Shown here in pieces: positions 61,198 through 64,000 of a DNA stretch of 64,000 nucleotides. The first letter of the stretch is position 1, and every line of letters begins with the position of its first letter. Made by a program: the position numbers and the translations under genes. The notes below the pieces were generated by a model. It did no database searches and was not told the origin of the DNA. It saw only the letters and a list, made by a program, of their open reading frames with translations. The DNA is taken from the IMG/VR virus record IMGVR_UViG_2706795344_000001, positions 40,907 to 104,906 of that record; one strand, 5' to 3'. Source of the stretch: a virus (Duplodnaviria; Caudoviricetes).

Positions 61198-61725
61198 ATC
61201 GACGTAAACAAATGTAGGGTAATCGAAATGATTAGTAAGTTGGTAGAAGTTTTAAAAGAAGTAGATTTATTGTTATGTGGTGGCGAAACGGTAAGTTGGT
61301 TCGAACAAGATGACTGTATTTGGCTAAATATCCCATCTATCGATGAATATGTAGTAATTGCTAGTAATGATGAATTCTTGTTAGATACAAACAAGCTTGA
61401 AGTAAAACATGACGGTGATTTGCTCCAGATTGAAGCATTCAAAATCGAAAAATTCAACTTAGGGACTGTTTAACATGAATACATTATACTCTTTAATTTT
61501 GGTTATCTATGCTCAAGTAAATGGCCCAATGCCTGAAAACTACCATCCTCCAGTCATTGACCAAGTGGAAATGAAAACAGAGCTTGACGAGGATACGTGC
61601 GTTTATATGATGTTAGAAATTCAAGACAAGATTAGTCCAGAGGCTAACATTGAATATGTATGTCGTTCCGAGACAGTGGATAGTAACGGCTTTATCAAAA
61701 CAATTTACCCGAACTAGGTGATGCT

Positions 61726-62193
61726 ATGTTAAACATATATGAATTATCAATGAATAAAATTGCATTTGTTCAAATGACGGATGATCATAGAGAGTCGGCT
61801 TTAGCTATCTTAAAAACGTTTCGAGAGTGGGTAGCTAGTCCAGATAGTCAAACATTGGCAATTGTCACAAGCTTAGGTGCAAAAAGTTATTTTTCATTAA
61901 CTAGTGGCTTATGTGGGAATATAGCGTATTTACAGAGAGCAAAAGCAACAAGCTATCGTATAGAGTTGAATGCTATTTTTCAATCGTGGCCTAAATTCTC
62001 AGGTGATCTACGTTATCCTATACCGTCACCTTACAAAAGCCTTTGTGAAAGAAGTGTGTATTACGACCTATCAACCAATCCGTATAGCATGTATGACCAG
62101 AGTCATGAATATAGTAAATCAAGGCTTGAGCTTTTGGACTATTTAATAGAGCAAATAGAGAAAGATTTCAACCGATATGTGCATGTGATCTAA
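61726..62193 (+). CDS. Conserved hypothetical protein
   Basis: 'GLCGN', 'WPKFSG...YPIP', 'RLELL..LIE'. Confidence 0.6.
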   Translation: MLNIYELSMNKIAFVQMTDDHRESALAILKTFREWVASPDSQTLAIVTSLGAKSYFSLTSGLCGNIAYLQRAKATSYRIELNAIFQSWPKFSGDLRYPIPSPYKSLCERSVYYDLSTNPYSMYDQSHEYSKSRLELLDYLIEQIEKDFNRYVHVI

Positions 62194-62602
62194 TGTTACA
62201 TTGTGTAATTATGGTGATTTTGGTCGGTAATGATGCCGACCTATTACATAGGAGTACATTATACTAATTAAATCATGTGTTTGCATGTAGCAAACATGTA
62301 TACAGATTTAGACAAGTTTTTCGACGACGACAAAGGAGAAAAACAAGGAAAGACATTAAAATAATAGCGTTCGCTAACGCTCAATTGCTATTATAGCTCG
62401 ATTAAGAATAATTCCATATCATTGTACCATAATGCCACATCGTGGCTTATACGCGCTTACAGCGCATTCTATGACGTAAGTCATTTCTTGCACCTAAATT
62501 TTATCCTCCTTATCAGTCGTCATCCTCTTGAAACTCTTGAATAGCAATGCTTTGCAAAGCAAATTGTATACTCTTAAATTATATACATATGAATAGTAAT
62601 TT

Positions 62603-62684
62603 CTTGACATGTAGTTATTTGACATACTTAAACTTGACATGTACATACATTAAATTATTACTCTTGACATGTATAAAATGACAT
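62603..62684. repeat. CTTGACATGTA array with 30-bp period
   Basis: Exact copies at 62603, 62633, 62663; partial TGACAT at 62620 and 62679. Confidence 0.75.
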
Positions 62685-63097
62685 ATCATATAAAGCATAG
62701 CACATAGAGTTCAATCATAAGAACATGTAAATTATCAAACAAAAGTATGTCTCTTTTACAAGTAGAAATTTGTAAATAATTTTCTGGTTATTTGATACAC
62801 AAAAGTTAGGAATTGTCAAGCACTATTTTCAGGAGATTTTGAGAATCATAGATGTGCAAGAATGTCAAGGAATATTTGAAATATCGATAGAATAATTAAA
62901 TTAATTAAATAAAATAATAATTATTGACAAGAGGAGAGGGACATGAGATGATATACACTGTGATATGTATAATATTAGATATACAAACCAGCGAATTAAT
63001 TAGGGCTACCACCCTAGTGTACTACATTTTTCTGAAAAGTCAAGTGTTTTATTGTAATTTAATGTAATTGTGCAAGGAAATTAATTTAAATTAATAG

Positions 63098-63133
63098 TTG
63101 ACATTCTTTTGTGAATCGTCCATAATTGACGGT
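63098..63133 (+). promoter_or_regulatory. Sigma70 promoter with -10 in hairpin loop
   Basis: TTGACA-17-CATAAT; ATCGTC/GACGGT stem. Confidence 0.65.
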
Positions 63134-63255
63134 ATGAAGAGGAGAAAGACAATGTTAGACAAAGTTATTATTGCATATGAAGTCATTGTACTAGTGCTTT
63201 GCCTAGCGTTGGTCTTACACTTACTTGGTTTTAGTATCTATTAATTGGTGGCAAT

Positions 63256-63600
63256 ATGCTATTAGGTCAGGCAACTTGGGATAAAGAGATGATTACATTA
63301 GATGAAGCAATTCAAGGTACAACTACTAAGAAGACGATTACAATTGAGGAATTACAGCGCAATGTAGATTTCTTCAAGGATGGGATAGGTAATCGCTATC
63401 AACTACAATTAACAGGTGATACAGACGAGTGTGGGCATGATGAATATGCATTAGTTAATATCCATGCAGCGCATACAGTCTACTATGTGTATGCTCATGA
63501 TGACATCACAGTGTATACAGACAATGAAAAGAATATATGTAGTGTATTCCTACAACGTGTACAGTACTTCCCATACATAGAGAAGGCTATCATGCTATAA
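63256..63600 (+). CDS. Hypothetical protein
   Basis: ORF followed by hairpin AGGGGCC-taatat-GGCCTCT at 63627-63646. Confidence 0.5.
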   Translation: MLLGQATWDKEMITLDEAIQGTTTKKTITIEELQRNVDFFKDGIGNRYQLQLTGDTDECGHDEYALVNIHAAHTVYYVYAHDDITVYTDNEKNICSVFLQRVQYFPYIEKAIML

Positions 63601-64000
63601 CACACAACATCATACAGTGACAAGACAGGGGCCTAATATGGCCTCTTCTTTGTGTGCAATATAAAAACAAATCTTTTAATTAAATCAATAATCATATCCA
63701 TTCATTACCATATCACACCATTGTATACACCACACATATAATACATTCATAGAGTGTACATCACATATCTATAAATTTAATGTGTACATCATCAACAGTA
63801 TATCACACATTTTCAAATCTATACAGCCAAATATTTTGTAATTTTTCTCAGATATTCCAATTTTTAAGTTGACTTATTTCTAAGGGGGTGGTAGGATGGG
63901 TTAAGCCAACACAGTGATTGTACTCGCCCAGATATTTTCTATATGAGAAAAGACCCCGATTTATATAAATGCAAGGTCTAAAAATTTTAAAAATCGAAAT

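Noticed and set aside
269-61457. Numerous antisense or alternate-frame ORFs in the track (e.g. 581-1021, 7511-7843, 19129-19566, 49563-50039)
   Set aside because: Shadow ORFs nested in well-supported genes, lacking RBS and recognisable motifs
1-64000. tRNA genes, integrase, transposase
   Set aside because: No cloverleaf/T-loop signatures or recombinase motifs recognised by eye; tRNAscan-SE would confirm

Overview
64 kb of a lytic tailed dsDNA phage (myovirus-type baseplate genes; AT-rich; GH19 endolysin and gene content suggest an Acinetobacter-type myovirus, which is an inference). Order: end of baseplate/tail module and lysis cassette (1-6226, +); short minus-strand block ending in a winged-helix replication-initiator-like gene next to a 22-bp-periodic iteron-like array (6259-9513); replication and nucleotide metabolism (dCMP deaminase, T7-like primase-helicase, PolA, SSB, exonucleases, HNH, MazG-like, a single-ORF NrdB-NrdA ribonucleotide reductase fusion, ThyA, DHFR, DNA ligase, UvrD-like helicase, dNMP kinase); RNA repair (Rnl1, Pnk, phosphoesterase, Rnl2); NAD+ reconstitution genes (Prs-like Adps, Nampt-like Namat) plus a macrodomain; PspA; a cluster of small proteins resembling fragments of terminase ATPase, helicase and the PolA fingers; an insulated candidate sRNA; and an AT-rich early region with strong sigma70 promoters and repeat arrays (54.5-64 kb). 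Most striking: the RNR beta-alpha fusion, the stand-alone PolA O-helix mini-protein and neighbouring fragment-like genes, promoters systematically fused with hairpins/terminators in fixed geometries, and the initiator plus iteron origin. No tRNA, rRNA, CRISPR array or integrase was seen. All family assignments come from motif recognition by eye, not database searches.
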